Shown: positions 29,445 to 38,878, counted from the first letter of the stretch. The stretch: 64,000 nt of DNA from an uncultured Lachnospiraceae bacterium (GCA_946626215.1 CAMOUD010000001.1:8968-72967), one strand, 5' to 3'. Made by a program: numbers and translations. Notes: generated from the letters alone by a model not told the origin.

Positions 29445-30329
29445 GTGAATATGCAGCGTGTTTTTTCGGTACTTACTCAGTTTCTGAGACAAATCCATAT
29501 GCCGAATATCTACTGGTCGGACATCGTTGAGATCCTGATCATAGCTTTTCTGGTATATCATATGCTGCTGTGGATGAAGAATACCCGGGCCTGGGTGCTG
29601 CTTCGCGGCCTCGTCGTGCTCGTCGGCTTCGTGATCCTGGCAGCTGTTTTTAACATGACCACAATTCTGTGGATCGTCCAGAACGTCATGAGTATCGCGG
29701 TGATCGCGGTCGTGATCATCCTGCAGCCGGAGCTGCGCAACGCGATCGAAGAACTGGGACAAAGAAATTTTCTCAGTTCTTTGCTGCGTCTGGACGACCA
29801 GCATGACGCGTCCGGCCGTTTCTCCGACAATACCATCACGGCCATCATCCGGGCCTGCCAGGCCATGGGCAGGGCGAGGACGGGAGCCCTGATCGTCATC
29901 GAGCAGACGACTCCCCTCCAGGAGTATGAGCGCAGCGGCATCGACATGGACGCCATTGTGTCCAGCCAGCTCCTGATCAATATCTTTGAAAAGAATACCC
30001 CCCTTCATGACGGGGCGGTCATTCTCCGCGGGGACAGGATCACGGCGGCCACCTGCTACCTGCCTCTTTCCGACAACCGGCTGGACAAGACCCTGGGGAC
30101 CCGGCACCGGGCAGGCGTCGGCATTTCCGAGGTCTCGGATTCCCTGACCTTCATTGTGTCGGAGGAGACGGGCGAGGTCAGCATGGCCTACAGGGGCGTG
30201 CTCTACCGGAACGTGGACGCGGACATGATGCGGAGCCAGCTGGTAAGGCTCCAGGATAAGGAAACCCAGGATAAGAGGAGAAGGATCCTTCCCCGGAGAG
30301 GAAGAGGCGATGAAGAATCAAAGCAATAA
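29445..30329 (+). CDS. cdaA: Diadenylate cyclase CdaA
   Basis: Three N-terminal TM helices. DAC domain with LHDGAVI (DGA) and GTRHRAG (RHR) motifs. Start is GTG 29445 or ATG 29451. Confidence 0.9.
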   Translation: MNMQRVFSVLTQFLRQIHMPNIYWSDIVEILIIAFLVYHMLLWMKNTRAWVLLRGLVVLVGFVILAAVFNMTTILWIVQNVMSIAVIAVVIILQPELRNAIEELGQRNFLSSLLRLDDQHDASGRFSDNTITAIIRACQAMGRARTGALIVIEQTTPLQEYERSGIDMDAIVSSQLLINIFEKNTPLHDGAVILRGDRITAATCYLPLSDNRLDKTLGTRHRAGVGISEVSDSLTFIVSEETGEVSMAYRGVLYRNVDADMMRSQLVRLQDKETQDKRRRILPRRGRGDEESKQ

Positions 30330-31296
30330 GGGCATCTTCCGGAACCTTTCCCTGAAAATCGTATCCCTGCTGATCGCGGCCAGCCTCTGGCTGGTCGTCA
30401 CCAATTTCAACGATCCCAGCACCGTTCTCCAGGTCACGGACGTCCAGGTCCAGCTTCTGCATACCAACCTGATCACCGACGAGGGCAAGGTCTATTCCGT
30501 CCTGAATGATTCGGATACCATCCCTCTGGTGACGGTCACGGCCCCCCGGTCCGTCAGGGATACCCTGAGAGCGGACAACATCGTGGCCACGGCCGACGTT
30601 GCCAATATGACCGAGGACGGCCAGGTCCCCATCGCGGTGACGACCAATGTCAACGCGGACAAGCTTACCTCCATCACGGCCTCCAACCGGTTCGTGTCCC
30701 TGTCCATCGAGGACAGCTCCACCTCCACCTTTAACCTGGAGATCGAGACCACGGGCGACCCCGCGGAGGGCTATATCCTGGATGAGGTCAGCCTCGAGCA
30801 GAACCAGGTCCGGGTGACCGGTCCCAGCTCCCTGGTCAGCGCCATTGACAGGGCGGCCATCCGGGTGGATACGGACGGCGCCGCCGGCAGCATTTCTACC
30901 TATGCCGATATCCTTCTTTATGACGCCAACGGGGCGGAGATCCCCACAGACGACAATCTTCGGATGAACCTCTATTCGGTCAAGGTCCGGGTGGAGATCC
31001 TGGCGACCCGGGAGGTCCCGGTGAACTTTGAGATCGGCGGCAGTCCCGCCGACGGCTATGTCCTGACGGGAGAGGATTCCGTCGCGCCCAGGACCGTGAT
31101 GCTGGCCGGCAGGCCTTCGGCCCTGTCCGGCGTGACCCAGATCCTGATCCCGGCCTCTGAGGTGGATGTTTCCGGCATGGCCCACAGTCTGACCAGGACC
31201 ATCTCGCTGGCAGGCTTCCTGCCCGAGGGCACGGAGTTCGCCGATTCCGCTTTTGACGGCAAGGTCGTTGTCCGGGTCGGTATCGAGGAAGAATAG
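30310..31296 (+). CDS. cdaR: CdaA regulatory protein CdaR (YbbR-domain protein)
   Basis: 328 aa. N-terminal TM helix followed by repeated YbbR-like beta modules. 20-nt overlap with cdaA. Confidence 0.8.
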   Translation: MKNQSNKGIFRNLSLKIVSLLIAASLWLVVTNFNDPSTVLQVTDVQVQLLHTNLITDEGKVYSVLNDSDTIPLVTVTAPRSVRDTLRADNIVATADVANMTEDGQVPIAVTTNVNADKLTSITASNRFVSLSIEDSSTSTFNLEIETTGDPAEGYILDEVSLEQNQVRVTGPSSLVSAIDRAAIRVDTDGAAGSISTYADILLYDANGAEIPTDDNLRMNLYSVKVRVEILATREVPVNFEIGGSPADGYVLTGEDSVAPRTVMLAGRPSALSGVTQILIPASEVDVSGMAHSLTRTISLAGFLPEGTEFADSAFDGKVVVRVGIEEE

Positions 31297-31308
31297 GAAG
31301 AAACAAGC

Positions 31309-32967
31309 ATGCGGGGATTTGAAAAGTATCAGAAAGATCCGGCCCTGGGCCTGAAGGACAGACAGTGGCCGGACAGGACCATAGAAAAAGCGCCGGCCTG
31401 GGTCAGCCTGGACCTGGCGGAGTCGGCTCCCATGGCCGGACGGCCTCTGGAGATCCATGAGAAGGCAGAGCTTCTCCGCCTCCTGATCCGCCTGGGCTTT
31501 CGTGAGATCTCGGTCAGCGGCGAGCGGACAGACCCCCAGGCGGCGGAGTTCCTCAGAGCCGTTCTGGAATCCCGTATCCTGCCCGGTTCTGTCCGGCTCA
31601 TGATCGACGCGGGCTCTGTCCCGGCGGATATTCAGAGCGCCCTGGCAATGGCCCGGGGCGTTTCCGGCGTCCTGCTTCAGATCAAGGGCCTTGCCCTGGA
31701 GGAAGAAGCGGGAAAGACCCTGGACCTGGCCCGGGAGGCCGCGGCCCTGGCTTCCTCCTTTCCCGGCGAGGTCTCGCTCCAGTATACGGTGCGGGATTTT
31801 GCCCACGCGGACCTGGAGGTCCTGCTGGGGACCTGCGGGGCCCTGGCCGATCTCTGGCAGGCGTCGCCTGCCCGGCCTCTGACCCTCTGCCTGGCCACGG
31901 ACGTGATGCGGTCTTCCCTCAATGTATACGCCGACAGGGTAGAATATGTGGACCGGAACCTTCCGGGCCGGGACCGCTTTGTCCTGAGCGTCCGTCCCCA
32001 CAGCTGCCGGGGCACCGGCAACGCGGCGGCGGAAATGGCCCTGCTGGCAGGGGCCCAGAAGGTGGAGGGGACCCTCTTTGGCTACGGAGACAGCTCCGGC
32101 CAGACCTCCATCCTGACCCTGGCCATGAACCTCTTCTCGGAGGGAATGGATCCGGGCCTGTCCCTGGAGGACGCCCGGGAACTGGCCGAGACCTGCGAAA
32201 GGATCGGCGTGCCGGGCCCCGAGGGCCGGCATCCATACTTCGGCAAGGAATCCTTCGCGGCCTATTCCCCCTCCCGCCGGGAGGCGGTGGAAAAGGCCCT
32301 GGAAGAGAGAAGGGACAAAGAGGAGATCTGGCGGGTCCCCTACCTGCAGATCGACCCTTCTGATATCGGCTCCACCTTCCTGCCCGCCGCAGGCGCCCTG
32401 CGGGGCGAATCCGCGGCCCGCCTGACGGAGATCCTGGCCGCCCGCTACGGCTTCAAGCTTCCCATGGGCATGCAGGAGGAATTTGCCGGGGAGGCTTCGG
32501 ACCTGTATCCCGGCCGGCGGAGCCTGACACCGGAGGAGGTCCTGGAGGCTTTCCGCGCCTCCTATATCCGCAACAGCGAGCCCATGCACTTCCGCCGCCT
32601 GCAGGTGACGGATGTCAGCGGGGATCTGGAGACGGAATTTGATACAAGGATCCGGGTCTCCTATTCCTCGGGCGGGGAGTTCCATACCTTCCAGGCGGCC
32701 GGCAACGGGCCTCTGGACGCCCTGCAGAGGGGACTGGCGGAACACCCGGGCATCCGGGTCAGGATCCTGGATTATGAGGAGCACGCGCTGAACGAAGGGT
32801 CGGATTCCCAGGCGGCGGCCTATGTCCGTCTGCTGGATCCCGCCACCGGCCGGACGACCTACGGGGCCGGCGTCAGCTCGAATATTACAAGGGCCTCGGT
32901 CCGGGCCGTCTTTTCCGGCCTGAACCGGCTGGGACTCTCCGCGGAGCCCCGACCGGCCCGAAAATAA
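31309..32967 (+). CDS. LeuA (long-form 2-isopropylmalate synthase) family protein with degenerate active site; probable pseudoenzyme
   Basis: 552 aa. Family blocks WPDRTIEKAP, NVYADRVEYVDRNL, EGTLFGYGDSSGQTSILTLAMNLFSEGMDPG, VPYLQIDPSDIG, GNGPLDA, LDYEEHAL..GSDSQAAAYV. The catalytic signatures are replaced (DLAESAP, RPHSCRGT, YTVRD, YSPSRREA). Confidence 0.75.
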   Translation: MRGFEKYQKDPALGLKDRQWPDRTIEKAPAWVSLDLAESAPMAGRPLEIHEKAELLRLLIRLGFREISVSGERTDPQAAEFLRAVLESRILPGSVRLMIDAGSVPADIQSALAMARGVSGVLLQIKGLALEEEAGKTLDLAREAAALASSFPGEVSLQYTVRDFAHADLEVLLGTCGALADLWQASPARPLTLCLATDVMRSSLNVYADRVEYVDRNLPGRDRFVLSVRPHSCRGTGNAAAEMALLAGAQKVEGTLFGYGDSSGQTSILTLAMNLFSEGMDPGLSLEDARELAETCERIGVPGPEGRHPYFGKESFAAYSPSRREAVEKALEERRDKEEIWRVPYLQIDPSDIGSTFLPAAGALRGESAARLTEILAARYGFKLPMGMQEEFAGEASDLYPGRRSLTPEEVLEAFRASYIRNSEPMHFRRLQVTDVSGDLETEFDTRIRVSYSSGGEFHTFQAAGNGPLDALQRGLAEHPGIRVRILDYEEHALNEGSDSQAAAYVRLLDPATGRTTYGAGVSSNITRASVRAVFSGLNRLGLSAEPRPARK

Positions 32968-32987
32968 ATCACAATGGAGGAAACAAC

Positions 32988-34427
32988 GTGGCAGAACAGA
33001 AAAAACTCGTAGAAGAAATCACATCGATGGATGTGGACTTTACAAGGTGGTATACGGATGTCGTGACCAAGGCGGGCCTGGTGGCCTATTCCCACATCAA
33101 GGGCTTCCTGGTCTACAAGCCGGCCGGCTATGCCCTCTGGGAGGCGGTCCAGAGCCATCTGGACGCCCGCTTCAAGGCGACCGGCGTGGAGAACGTCTAT
33201 ATGCCCCTGCTGATCCCGGAGAACCTGCTGGCCAAGGAGAGCGACCTGGTCAACGGCTTTGCCCCTGAGGTGGCCTGGGTCACGTCCGGCGGCAGCGAGC
33301 CCCTTCAGGAGCGGCTCTGCGTCCGTCCCACCTCGGAAACGGTCTTCAGCGACTTCTTCCACAGCGACGTACAGTCCTACAGGGACCTGCCCAGGGTCTA
33401 CAACCAGTGGTGCTCCGTAGTCCGCTGGGAAAAGGAGACCAGGCCCTTCCTGCGTTCCCGTGAGTTCATGTGGCAGGAGGGCCATACCATCCACGCCACC
33501 GAGGAGGAGGCCCGCGCCAGGACCCAGCAGATGCTGAACGTCTACGCGGACTTCTGCCGGGAAGACCTGGCCATCCCTACTGTCCGGGGCCAGAAGACGG
33601 ACAAGGAAAAATTCGCCGGCGCGGAAGCGACCTATACCATCGAAGCCCTCATGCACGACGGCAGGGCCCTCCAGTCCGGTACCAGCCATGACTTCGGCAC
33701 CAAGTTCGCCGAGGCCTACGGCATCCAGTTCACCGACAGGGACAACAAGCTCAAATACGCCGCCCAGACCTCCTGGGGCCTTTCCACCAGGATCATCGGA
33801 GCCCTGATCATGGTCCACGGAGACAACTCCGGCCTGGTCCTGCCTCCTGTGATCGCCCCCACCCAGGTCATGATCATTCCGATCCAGCAGAAGAAGGCCG
33901 GCGTCCTGGACAAGGCCTTTGAGATCGAGGCGGCCCTGAAGGCGGCCGGCCTGCGCGTGAAGGTCGACGCCAGCGACAAGAGCCCGGGCTTCAAGTTCTC
34001 CGACCAGGAAATGCGGGGCATTCCCTTCCGTCTGGAGATCGGCCCCAGGGATATCGCGAACGGCCGCTGCGTCCTGGTCCGCAGGGATACCCGGGAAAAG
34101 ATCGAATGCGGCATCGAAGAGGCCGCGGAAAAGCTCCAGGGCCTGATCCCCGTCATGCAGAAGGATATGTATGAAAGGGCGAAGAAGCACCTGGAGGACC
34201 ATACCTGGACCGCCGCCACGCCCGGGGAATTCGAGCAGACCTTTGCCGAGAAGACCGGCTTTGTCAAGGCCATGTGGTGCGGAGACAGGGCCTGCGAGGA
34301 GACCATCAAGGAGAAGTACTCCGTGACCAGCCGCTGCATCCCCTTCGAGCAGGAGGAGATCGCTTCCACCTGCGTCTGCTGCGGAAGACCTGCCGCCAAG
34401 ATGGTCTACTGGGCCAAGGCGTATTAA
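32988..34427 (+). CDS. proS: Proline--tRNA ligase (archaeal/eukaryote-like short form)
   Basis: 479 aa. GTG start 7 nt after GGAGG. Class II motifs, C-terminal zinc-binding-type domain ending ..YWAKAY. Confidence 0.9.
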   Translation: MAEQKKLVEEITSMDVDFTRWYTDVVTKAGLVAYSHIKGFLVYKPAGYALWEAVQSHLDARFKATGVENVYMPLLIPENLLAKESDLVNGFAPEVAWVTSGGSEPLQERLCVRPTSETVFSDFFHSDVQSYRDLPRVYNQWCSVVRWEKETRPFLRSREFMWQEGHTIHATEEEARARTQQMLNVYADFCREDLAIPTVRGQKTDKEKFAGAEATYTIEALMHDGRALQSGTSHDFGTKFAEAYGIQFTDRDNKLKYAAQTSWGLSTRIIGALIMVHGDNSGLVLPPVIAPTQVMIIPIQQKKAGVLDKAFEIEAALKAAGLRVKVDASDKSPGFKFSDQEMRGIPFRLEIGPRDIANGRCVLVRRDTREKIECGIEEAAEKLQGLIPVMQKDMYERAKKHLEDHTWTAATPGEFEQTFAEKTGFVKAMWCGDRACEETIKEKYSVTSRCIPFEQEEIASTCVCCGRPAAKMVYWAKAY

Positions 34428-34451
34428 GACAACTGAGGAAAAGACGGGGCT

Positions 34452-35831
34452 ATGATGACAGAAGACAGGAACGTCCGGATAGAGATACCTAGTAAGGCAG
34501 CCAGGATCCTGGACAGGCTGATGAACGCCGGCCATGAGGCTTATGTCGTGGGCGGATGCGTCAGAGACAGTCTCCTGGGAATCGAGCCCCATGACTGGGA
34601 TATCACCACATCGGCCAGGCCGGAGGCCGTCAAGGCCCTCTTTAAGAAGACCGTGGACACGGGCCTGAAGCACGGGACCGTGACGGTCCTCCTGCAGGGC
34701 GAGGGCTTTGAGGTCACGACCTACCGGGTGGACGGAGCCTATAAGGACGGCCGCCATCCCGAAAAGGTGACCTTCACGTCCTCCCTGGCAGAGGACCTGC
34801 GCCGCAGGGACTTCACCATCAACGCCATGGCCTACAATGACAGGGACGGACTGGTGGACCTCTTCGGAGGACAGAAGGACCTGGAGGAGGGCCTGATCCG
34901 GGCCGTCGGCTGCCCCCGGGAGCGGTTCTCCGAGGACGCGCTCCGGATCATGCGGGCCGTCCGCTTCGCGGCCAGGTTCGGCTTCCGGATCGAGGAGAAG
35001 ACCCGGGAGGCTGCCGCCTCTATGGCGGGGAACCTGAAGCTGGTATCCGCGGAGAGGATCCGGGCCGAGCTGGACGCCCTGCTGGTCTCGCCGCATCCGG
35101 AGATGCTCCGGGACCTCTATGAGATGGGGATCACGGCCGTCTTCCTGCCGGAATTCGACCTCTGCATGGAAACGCCCCAGGTCAATCCCCACCATATGTA
35201 TACGGTGGGAGAGCATACCATCCAGTCGATCCGCGGGGTGGCGCCCGACCTGACCCTGCGCCTGACCATGCTGCTGCACGACTTCGGCAAGCCCGCGGCC
35301 AGGACCACGGATTCCAGGGGGATCGACCACTTCTGGGGCCACCCGGAGATCAGCGAGAAGATTTCCAGGGACATCCTGCGCCGCCTCCGCTATGACAACA
35401 GGACCAGGGACCGGGTCCTGAAGCTGGTCCTCTGCCACGACGATATCCTGAGGCTGACCGAGGCCGGGATCCGCCGGTATATGGTGAAGATCGGGCCGGA
35501 CCTCTTCCCCCTCCTGCTCCAGGTCAAGGCGGCCGATATCCGGGCCCAGAGCATGTATATGCGGGCCCAGAAGGAAAGCATCCTGCTCAGGGCCGGCATC
35601 CTGTATGAGAGGGTGGCCCGCAGGGGCGACTGCGTGCGGATGGCGGACCTGGCCGTGAAGGGAGAGGACCTGATCCGGGCCGGCATGGAGCCCGGGCCCC
35701 GGATGGGAGAGGTCCTGAAGGCCATGTTCGAGGAGGTCCTGGAAAACCCCCGCCACAATACCAGAAGCTGGCTCCTGGAGCGTTTCGGAGAAGAGATTTC
35801 GGAGAAGCCGCCCGGGAAGCAGGGCCAATAG
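34452..35831 (+). CDS. cca: CCA-adding enzyme (tRNA nucleotidyltransferase with HD domain)
   Basis: GGCVRDSLLG and RRDFTINA head-domain motifs. Downstream HD domain (LLHDFGKP). Confidence 0.85.
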   Translation: MMTEDRNVRIEIPSKAARILDRLMNAGHEAYVVGGCVRDSLLGIEPHDWDITTSARPEAVKALFKKTVDTGLKHGTVTVLLQGEGFEVTTYRVDGAYKDGRHPEKVTFTSSLAEDLRRRDFTINAMAYNDRDGLVDLFGGQKDLEEGLIRAVGCPRERFSEDALRIMRAVRFAARFGFRIEEKTREAAASMAGNLKLVSAERIRAELDALLVSPHPEMLRDLYEMGITAVFLPEFDLCMETPQVNPHHMYTVGEHTIQSIRGVAPDLTLRLTMLLHDFGKPAARTTDSRGIDHFWGHPEISEKISRDILRRLRYDNRTRDRVLKLVLCHDDILRLTEAGIRRYMVKIGPDLFPLLLQVKAADIRAQSMYMRAQKESILLRAGILYERVARRGDCVRMADLAVKGEDLIRAGMEPGPRMGEVLKAMFEEVLENPRHNTRSWLLERFGEEISEKPPGKQGQ

Positions 35832-35842
35832 CGCTCAGATTC

Positions 35843-35871
35843 TTGACAATTGCGGGAAAACCGTCTATAAA
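35843..35871 (+). promoter_or_regulatory. Strong sigma-A-type promoter of hup
   Basis: TTGACA (35843-35848), 17-nt spacer, TATAAA (35866-35871). Confidence 0.7.
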
Positions 35872-35934
35872 TGGTATATGCGTCTATCAGACAAATCAAC
35901 AACAGACTTCCCGTCTGACAGGAGGAAACAGTTC

Positions 35935-36210
35935 ATGAATAAGACAGAAATCATTGCGGCTATGGCAGAAAAGTCCGGTCTCAGCAAGAAGGACGCTGAA
36001 AAGGCTCTGAAGGCTTTCACCGAGACAGTTGTCGAGGAGCTTCAGCAGGGCGGCAGAGTCCAGATCGTCGGATTCGGCACTTTTGAGGTCAGCGAGCGCG
36101 CTGCCAGAGAAGGCAGGAACCCCAGGACCAACGAGGTCATGCGGATCGAGGCTTCCAGAGCTCCCAGATTCAAGGCCGGCAAGGCCCTGAAGGATGCCAT
36201 CAACGCATAA
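35935..36210 (+). CDS. hup: DNA-binding protein HU
   Basis: 91 aa. MNKTEIIAAMAEKSGLSKKDAEKAL...GFGTFEVSERAAREGRNPRT. RBS AGGAGGAAA. Confidence 0.95.
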   Translation: MNKTEIIAAMAEKSGLSKKDAEKALKAFTETVVEELQQGGRVQIVGFGTFEVSERAAREGRNPRTNEVMRIEASRAPRFKAGKALKDAINA

Positions 36211-36232
36211 GGACTGGCATATAAGGCACAAT

Positions 36233-36270
36233 GCGGTGGGCCCGGAGATATCTCCGGGTCCGCTCTTTAT
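36233..36270 (+). terminator. Terminator-like hairpin after hup
   Basis: Perfect 18-nt palindrome CCCGGAGATATCTCCGGG (36241-36258) with flanking GC pairs. The T-tract is weak (TCTTTA). Confidence 0.5.
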
Positions 36271-36306
36271 CAGTGATTCTGAAAAGGACGGAGGGACCCT
36301 CCGGCG

Positions 36307-36555
36307 GTGACCGGCATGAGGCTAGACAAATTTCTGAAAGTATCCAGACTGATCAAGAGAAGAACGGTGGCGAATGAGGCCTGCGACGCGGGCAGGGTCA
36401 CCCTGAACGGCAAGGTGGCCAGGGCCTCCGCGGAGGTAAAGCCGGGCGATATCATCGAGATCGCCTTCGGGAACCGGGAGACCAGGGTGGAGGTCCTGGC
36501 TGTCCAGGAGACAGTCCGCAAGGACGACGCGGCGGACCTGTTCCGGTATCTCTAG
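36307..36555 (+). CDS. S4-domain RNA-binding protein (YabO/Hsp15-like)
   Basis: MRLDKFLKVSRLIKRRTVANEACDAGRVTLNG is a typical S4 domain. Start is GTG 36307 or ATG 36316. Confidence 0.8.
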   Translation: MTGMRLDKFLKVSRLIKRRTVANEACDAGRVTLNGKVARASAEVKPGDIIEIAFGNRETRVEVLAVQETVRKDDAADLFRYL

Positions 36556-36590
36556 GATGCCGGAGGAAGAGAGGACACAGGTACACAGGT

Positions 36591-36902
36591 ATGGAAAGAA
36601 GATCGGACAGGAGGAAGAAGCGCCAGACCAGAGTCAGTTTTATCCTGGCTGCCCTGTTGGTCCTGATCATGGTCGCCATCGTCTATGTCAACGGCAGGAG
36701 CCTTCACGCCAGGCTGGACCAGAACCGGATTCGGATCGAGCAGCTGGAGCAGGAGATCGAAGACGAAAAGCAGCGGGCGGCGTCCATTGAAGAGTACCGG
36801 GAGTATACCCGGACCGACCAGTTCATTGAGCAGATCGCCAGGGAAAAGCTGGGTCTTCTGTATGAAGGCGAGACCATATTCAGAGAAGAGGACGGCAGAT
36901 GA
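36591..36902 (+). CDS. divIC: Septum formation initiator (FtsB/DivIC family)
   Basis: 103 aa. Basic N-terminus, one TM helix, coiled coil (IRIEQLEQEIEDEK), then IAREKLGLLYEGETIF. Confidence 0.7.
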   Translation: MERRSDRRKKRQTRVSFILAALLVLIMVAIVYVNGRSLHARLDQNRIRIEQLEQEIEDEKQRAASIEEYREYTRTDQFIEQIAREKLGLLYEGETIFREEDGR

Positions 36903-36936
36903 GCCGTCCTTTTTTGCCTGCGGAAGGGAGGCGGAC

Positions 36937-38295
36937 ATGGATCTGATCAGAAGGGTCCGGGAGGAGATCCGGGACAGACAGATGATTGGGGAAGGAGACC
37001 TGGTCCTGGCCGGCGTATCCGGCGGGCCCGATTCCGTATGCCTTCTTCTTGTCCTCAGGGCCCTGGAGGAGGACCTTTCCTTTTCCCTTTCGGCGGTCCA
37101 CGTCCATCATGGGATCCGGGAAGAAGCGGACGAAGACCAGGCCTTTACGGAGGCCCTCTGCCGGGGCCTGGGCGTTCCCTGCCGGTCTGTCAGGGTCCGG
37201 GCGGACCTGGCCGCGGCGGAGCGGGGCATCGGCCTGGAGGAGGCCTGCCGGGACCTCCGGTACGGCGTCTTCTCCTCCCTGGCGGAGGAGATGGAGGAAG
37301 AGACCGGGAGGCTCTGCAGGGTGGCGGTGGCCCATCACCTGGAGGACCAGGCGGAAACGGTCCTCTTCAACCTCTGCCGGGGCTCTGCCCTGACCGGCCT
37401 CCGGGGCATGCTGCCGGTCTCCGGCAGGATCATCCGGCCCCTCCTGGGCGTCAGGAGGCGGGAGATCGAGGCCTTTCTGGAGGAGAGGGGCACGGCCTGG
37501 CGGACGGACCGGACCAATCTGGATCCCTCCTGGTCCCGGAACTATCTGAGGGCCAGGGTCCTCCCCCTGCTCAGGGAATCGATCAACCGGGAGACAGACG
37601 CCCACATCGCGGCCGCGGCCGGGGAAGCTGCCGAGACCGAGGCCTATCTGGAGGAACGGACCCGGGAGGAGGCGGCCGCCTGTCTGGCCCCGGAGGGGGC
37701 CCTTCTGGTCAGTGCCCTTCTGGAGCGGCCCTCCCTGATCCGGCGGCGGATCCTGATGGAGGCGGCGGCCGCCGCCTGCGGCGGCAGGAAGGACCTGACC
37801 CGGGCCCACATCAGGAGCCTGGAGGCCCTGCTGGAGGGCGGAGGGACCCGGGAGACCTTTCTGCCCGGCGGGATCAGGGCCCTTCGGGTCTATGACAGGC
37901 TCCTGATCGGAAAAGCCCCTGTCTCCTCCTTCCCCGGGAGCGGGGAGGACTACCGGGTCCGGCTGGTCCCGGCGGGGGAGGAGCCTCTTCCGGCCCCGGA
38001 AAATCAGTATACGAAAGCTTTTGATTATGATAAAATAGCTTCGCCCCTTGTTTTCCGGACCCGGCAGCAGGGGGACAGGATGGCACTGGCCGAGGGGGCC
38101 GGAGCTCCCTCCAAATCACTGGCAAGGCTGATGATCGACGAAAAGGTGCCGAAAGAAATCCGGGACCGGATGGTCCTGCCCTTTTCGGGCAGGGACTGTC
38201 TCTGGGTGCCCGGCCGCAGGGTCTCTCCCGCCTATCTGCCCGATGGGGGAACAAAGAGGATCCTGGTCCTGACCTGGAGCCGGAAAGAAGTATAA
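36937..38295 (+). CDS. tilS: tRNA(Ile)-lysidine synthase
   Basis: PP-loop LAGVSGGPDS. Start at ATG 36937 (RBS GGAAGGGAGG). The ORF-track start at 36685 overlaps divIC. Confidence 0.9.
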   Translation: MDLIRRVREEIRDRQMIGEGDLVLAGVSGGPDSVCLLLVLRALEEDLSFSLSAVHVHHGIREEADEDQAFTEALCRGLGVPCRSVRVRADLAAAERGIGLEEACRDLRYGVFSSLAEEMEEETGRLCRVAVAHHLEDQAETVLFNLCRGSALTGLRGMLPVSGRIIRPLLGVRRREIEAFLEERGTAWRTDRTNLDPSWSRNYLRARVLPLLRESINRETDAHIAAAAGEAAETEAYLEERTREEAAACLAPEGALLVSALLERPSLIRRRILMEAAAAACGGRKDLTRAHIRSLEALLEGGGTRETFLPGGIRALRVYDRLLIGKAPVSSFPGSGEDYRVRLVPAGEEPLPAPENQYTKAFDYDKIASPLVFRTRQQGDRMALAEGAGAPSKSLARLMIDEKVPKEIRDRMVLPFSGRDCLWVPGRRVSPAYLPDGGTKRILVLTWSRKEV

Positions 38296-38310
38296 GAAAG
38301 GGTTACAGAC

Positions 38311-38838
38311 ATGGCCGAATACATTGAAACACTCCTGACTGAGGAGGAGGTAGACCAGAAAATCAGTGAACTGGGGAAAAGGATCTCGGAAGACTATGCC
38401 GGCAGGCAGGTCCATCTGGTAGGCATCCTCAAGGGCGCCAGCTTCTTTATGTGCGAGCTGGCCAAGAGGATCACGGTCCCGGTCTCCATTGACTTCATGT
38501 CCGTTTCCAGCTACGGGGCATCCACCAAGTCCTCCGGCATCGTCAGGATCGTCAAGGACCTGGACGATCCGCTCCTGGACAAGGACGTGATCATCGTAGA
38601 GGATATCGTGGACTCGGGCAGGACCATCTGCTACCTGCAGGAGCTCTTCCGCGACAAGGGGGCCAGGAGCATCCGCTTCTGCACCCTGCTGGACAAGCCG
38701 GAGCGCCGGGTGGTGGACATCAGCGTAGACTACGTGGGATTCCGGATCCCGGACCGGTTCGTGGTCGGCTACGGCATGGATTATGACCAGCGCTACCGCA
38801 ACCTGCCCTATATCGGCGTCGTCCGGTTTGAAGACTGA
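38311..38838 (+). CDS. hpt: Hypoxanthine phosphoribosyltransferase
   Basis: 175 aa. PRPP motif VIIVEDIVDSGRT. tilS-hpt-ftsH order as in B. subtilis. Confidence 0.95.
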   Translation: MAEYIETLLTEEEVDQKISELGKRISEDYAGRQVHLVGILKGASFFMCELAKRITVPVSIDFMSVSSYGASTKSSGIVRIVKDLDDPLLDKDVIIVEDIVDSGRTICYLQELFRDKGARSIRFCTLLDKPERRVVDISVDYVGFRIPDRFVVGYGMDYDQRYRNLPYIGVVRFED

Positions 38839-38878
38839 GCAGGGAACGGGCGTCAGAGACTGATGGCACGCGGACCGC

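Noticed and set aside
32968-32987. T-box leaders upstream of proS, and likewise upstream of metG at 60912-60954.
   Set aside because: The spacers are 20 and 43 nt. That is far too short for a T-box (200+ nt), and no specifier/antiterminator structure is visible.
36685-36936. N-terminally extended ORF-track models: tilS from 36685, pyk from 52893, ctpA from 16867, hup from 35878, fba from 44056, the microprotein from 18089, and the small membrane protein from 9369.
   Set aside because: The extensions overlap upstream genes or promoters, lack homology to the respective families, and have internal starts with good RBS at the family-typical N-terminus.
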